57,310 nt of DNA from a virus (Duplodnaviria; Caudoviricetes), in the IMG/VR virus record IMGVR_UViG_3300005805_000104, positions 1 to 57,310 of that record; one strand, written 5' to 3'. Positions 56,261-57,310 of the stretch are shown here, in pieces; position 1 is the first letter of the stretch, and each line of letters begins with the position of its first letter. The position numbers were made by a program, and so were the translations under genes. The notes under the pieces are model-generated. The model worked only from the letters and a program-made list of their open reading frames with translations. It was not told where the DNA came from and ran no database searches.

Positions 56261-57085
56261 TTAGGCAGCTACCTTCTCGTACTGCTCCGCGAGGGTCCAA
56301 AGGCCTTGGTTGAGTACCATGTCCTGTACGGGGTTGGTTATACCCCTTGCTACCCTGTTGTTGAGGTCGAATCCCCCCTTGATGAGGTTCTCCTGCACGA
56401 TGTTGTACGTCTTCCAAAGGGTGTTGCCCTTATCGGCGTCTCGCTTCGGCATGAGGATGGACTGGATCTCGTAGTTCTCGGGCTTCCGCTCCTCTCCTAT
56501 CCGCATCAGCAGTGCATCGATTGCAAACTGCGATTGCTCCTTAGGCGTCATGACCTTGCCGTTCCACGTGTTGATCTTGTCGATTACCTTGGGCAGAAGG
56601 TCCACCTTGCTGTCGATCAGTGCCTTGACCTCGTTGAAGGTGTACTTGGTGTGCCTCTCTCGGAAGCTGCCGAAGTCCATGCTCTTTACAACTAGGCCGT
56701 TGCTGCACACTAGGCGGAACAGGCCCATTTCGAATTGGATAGGGCGGCTGCCGTCGTGGCTGTTGAGGAGGATGATGGTCGGCCTTGCTTCTACGCCGCC
56801 GTCCTGATCTTTGATGTACAGCTGCGGGTGCTGGAACTGTACGATGTGGGTACCGAAGTCCCTACGCAGAGGCACGTTTGTCTTGCTCTGCTTGGCGTCG
56901 GTCAGTAAGTAACCGAGGTCCTGCATGTGGTTGATGATCTCGGTCGTAGGTGTGAACTTGTAACGGTTCAGGTTGATGTACGACGCGGGCTTCTCTGCCA
57001 TGATCGCCGGTGCCTTCTTTGCGGCTTCGGTGAGGGTGAGACTGGTCAGTACGTTGTTCTTGAATTTGTCTGCTGTGTTTGACAT
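56261..57085 (-). CDS. DUF932/DUF945 family protein
   Basis: LLNSHDGS...GLFRLVCSNG, RH, LWKTYNIVQENLIKGG, LNQGLW. Confidence 0.88.
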   Translation of the reverse strand: MSNTADKFKNNVLTSLTLTEAAKKAPAIMAEKPASYINLNRYKFTPTTEIINHMQDLGYLLTDAKQSKTNVPLRRDFGTHIVQFQHPQLYIKDQDGGVEARPTIILLNSHDGSRPIQFEMGLFRLVCSNGLVVKSMDFGSFRERHTKYTFNEVKALIDSKVDLLPKVIDKINTWNGKVMTPKEQSQFAIDALLMRIGEERKPENYEIQSILMPKRDADKGNTLWKTYNIVQENLIKGGFDLNNRVARGITNPVQDMVLNQGLWTLAEQYEKVAA

Positions 57086-57156
57086 AACCTTTGTTTGTTT
57101 AGTTAAATATAATCGTTTTGGTTGAGAAAAGAAAGTATTGGTTTTGGGTGTCGGTG

Positions 57157-57310
57157 TTACGAGACGCGCTCGATTTCCACGATATCGGTGGGTACCTCAC
57201 GCTTGCCGCGTTTCTCCCACAGCTGCTCGTTCTTTTCGATGCACTTCTCCATGATGAATGCGATGGCCTCGAGGCGGTTCTTCGCGTACGGGCTCATATC
57301 GGAGAAGGAA
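57157..57310 (-). CDS. 3' end of a hypothetical gene (truncated by the window edge)
   Basis: Open frame ...SPYAKNRLEAIAFIMEKC...EIERVS*. Confidence 0.5.
   Translation of the reverse strand, partial: SFSDMSPYAKNRLEAIAFIMEKCIEKNEQLWEKRGKREVPTDIVEIERVS

Noticed and set aside
54273-56807. Plus-strand ORFs in the GC-rich end
   Set aside because: They are antisense to well-packed minus-strand genes, as expected from high GC3.
1-57310. Stop-codon reassignment
   Set aside because: Genes tile densely under the standard code, TAA, TAG and TGA all end genes, and no suppressor tRNA was seen.

Overview
This 57 kb window is part of a large T4-like/jumbo myovirus genome, probably infecting a Bacteroidota host. 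The host inference rests on A-rich leaders without Shine-Dalgarno sites, a Bacteroidota-style lipoprotein and SprB-like repeats. From left to right it contains: (1) a minus-strand block with the truncated large terminase, a DenV glycosylase, many likely head-internal proteins, an Mre11-Rad50 (gp47-gp46) fusion and a primase; (2) a structured non-coding strand-switch region; (3) a plus-strand block with glutaredoxin, an HD hydrolase, a gp55-like sigma factor, baseplate genes and four Thr/Ser/Pro-stalk appendage genes that appear inserted into a split structural gene; (4) a coupled four-gene candidate DNA base-hypermodification operon; (5) a GH108 endolysin and a tRNA array with atypical tRNAs and structured spacers; (6) GC-richer small early genes. 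The strongest candidates for new biology are proteins carrying (I/L)-x-E protease-like sites at their N-termini and domain junctions (possible capsid-packaged polyproteins), an ATATTTAT promoter that is largely the reverse complement of the T4 late promoter, and the modification operon. All assignments come from motif recognition by eye; no database searches were run.
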